Of a DNA stretch of 15,713 bases, positions 15,245 through 15,713 are shown one piece after another. The notes under the pieces were generated by a model. The model was not told where the DNA came from. It saw nothing but the letters and a program-made list of their open reading frames with translations, and searched no databases. The translations under genes and the position numbers were made by a program. Position 1 is the stretch's first letter, and each line of letters starts with the position of its first letter. The stretch covers positions 1 to 15,713 of the forward strand of contig CAXBPH010000158.1 of NCBI GenBank assembly GCA_963977445.1. The letters run 5' to 3'. The DNA comes from an uncultured bacterium. Lineage in GTDB: Bacteria > Hydrogenedentota > Hydrogenedentia > Hydrogenedentales > JAEUWI01.

Positions 15245-15713
15245 TCAGGTTTCCTGAAGTTTGGCCGCGCGATCTGCTGCGATGAGCGAGTCGATTACTT
15301 CGTCCAGTTCCCCGCCGGCCATAACGCGGTCCAGCGAGCTGAGGGACAACTTAATCCGGTGGTCCGTCAGGCGATTCTGGGGAAAGTTATAGGTACGAAT
15401 ACGCTCACTTCGGTCGCCACTGCCCACCTGAGAACGACGCTCTTCGGAACGGGAGTCCGCTTCCGCCTGAAGCTTGATGTCAAAGAGTCGTGATCGGAGC
15501 ACTTTCAGCGCTTTCGCCTTGTTCTTGTGCTGGGATTTCTCGTCCTGACAGGTGACGATCATGCTGGTAGGCTTGTAGGTAATGCGAACGGCAGAGTCGG
15601 TGGTGTTTACACTCTGGCCGCCGGGCCCTGAGCTGCGATAGACGTCAAACTGAAGATCGTTCATATCGAGTTCAAGTTCGACCTCTTCGGCCTCGGGCAT
15701 GACGGCTACCGTC
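15245..15713 (-). CDS. prfA: Peptide chain release factor 1, 3' part; the gene begins outside the window
   Basis: [37 protein letters not shown] and the RF1-type [23 protein letters not shown]. The prfA-prmC order is canonical. Confidence 0.96.
   Translation of the reverse strand, partial: TVAVMPEAEEVELELDMNDLQFDVYRSSGPGGQSVNTTDSAVRITYKPTSMIVTCQDEKSQHKNKAKALKVLRSRLFDIKLQAEADSRSEERRSQVGSGDRSERIRTYNFPQNRLTDHRIKLSLSSLDRVMAGGELDEVIDSLIAADRAAKLQET

Overview
Gene-dense bacterial chromosomal window of mostly housekeeping and metabolic genes. No rRNA, tRNA, CRISPR array, transposase, integrase or phage gene was recognised. Order: 3' end of a DUF1080 gene plus intrinsic terminator; DUF4272 gene; convergent enoyl-CoA hydratase; ModB/ModC-like ABC permease and ATPase without a binding protein; FapA (DUF342) protein; SDF/DAACS symporter, SIS-domain protein and queG; a ParE/RelE-type toxin-antitoxin pair; Tat-signal Gfo/Idh/MocA oxidoreductase; AI-2E transporter; and a minus-strand run prfA(partial)-prmC-radC-[psd remnant]-pssA. 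The clearest feature missing from the ORF track is a heavily decayed phosphatidylserine decarboxylase (psd) pseudogene (5' truncation, large internal deletion, frameshift, in-frame stop). Its stop codon still overlaps the start of an intact pssA. I do not see convincing evidence of a wholly new multi-gene system; the other findings are modest leads. All family calls come from motif recognition by eye, not database searches.
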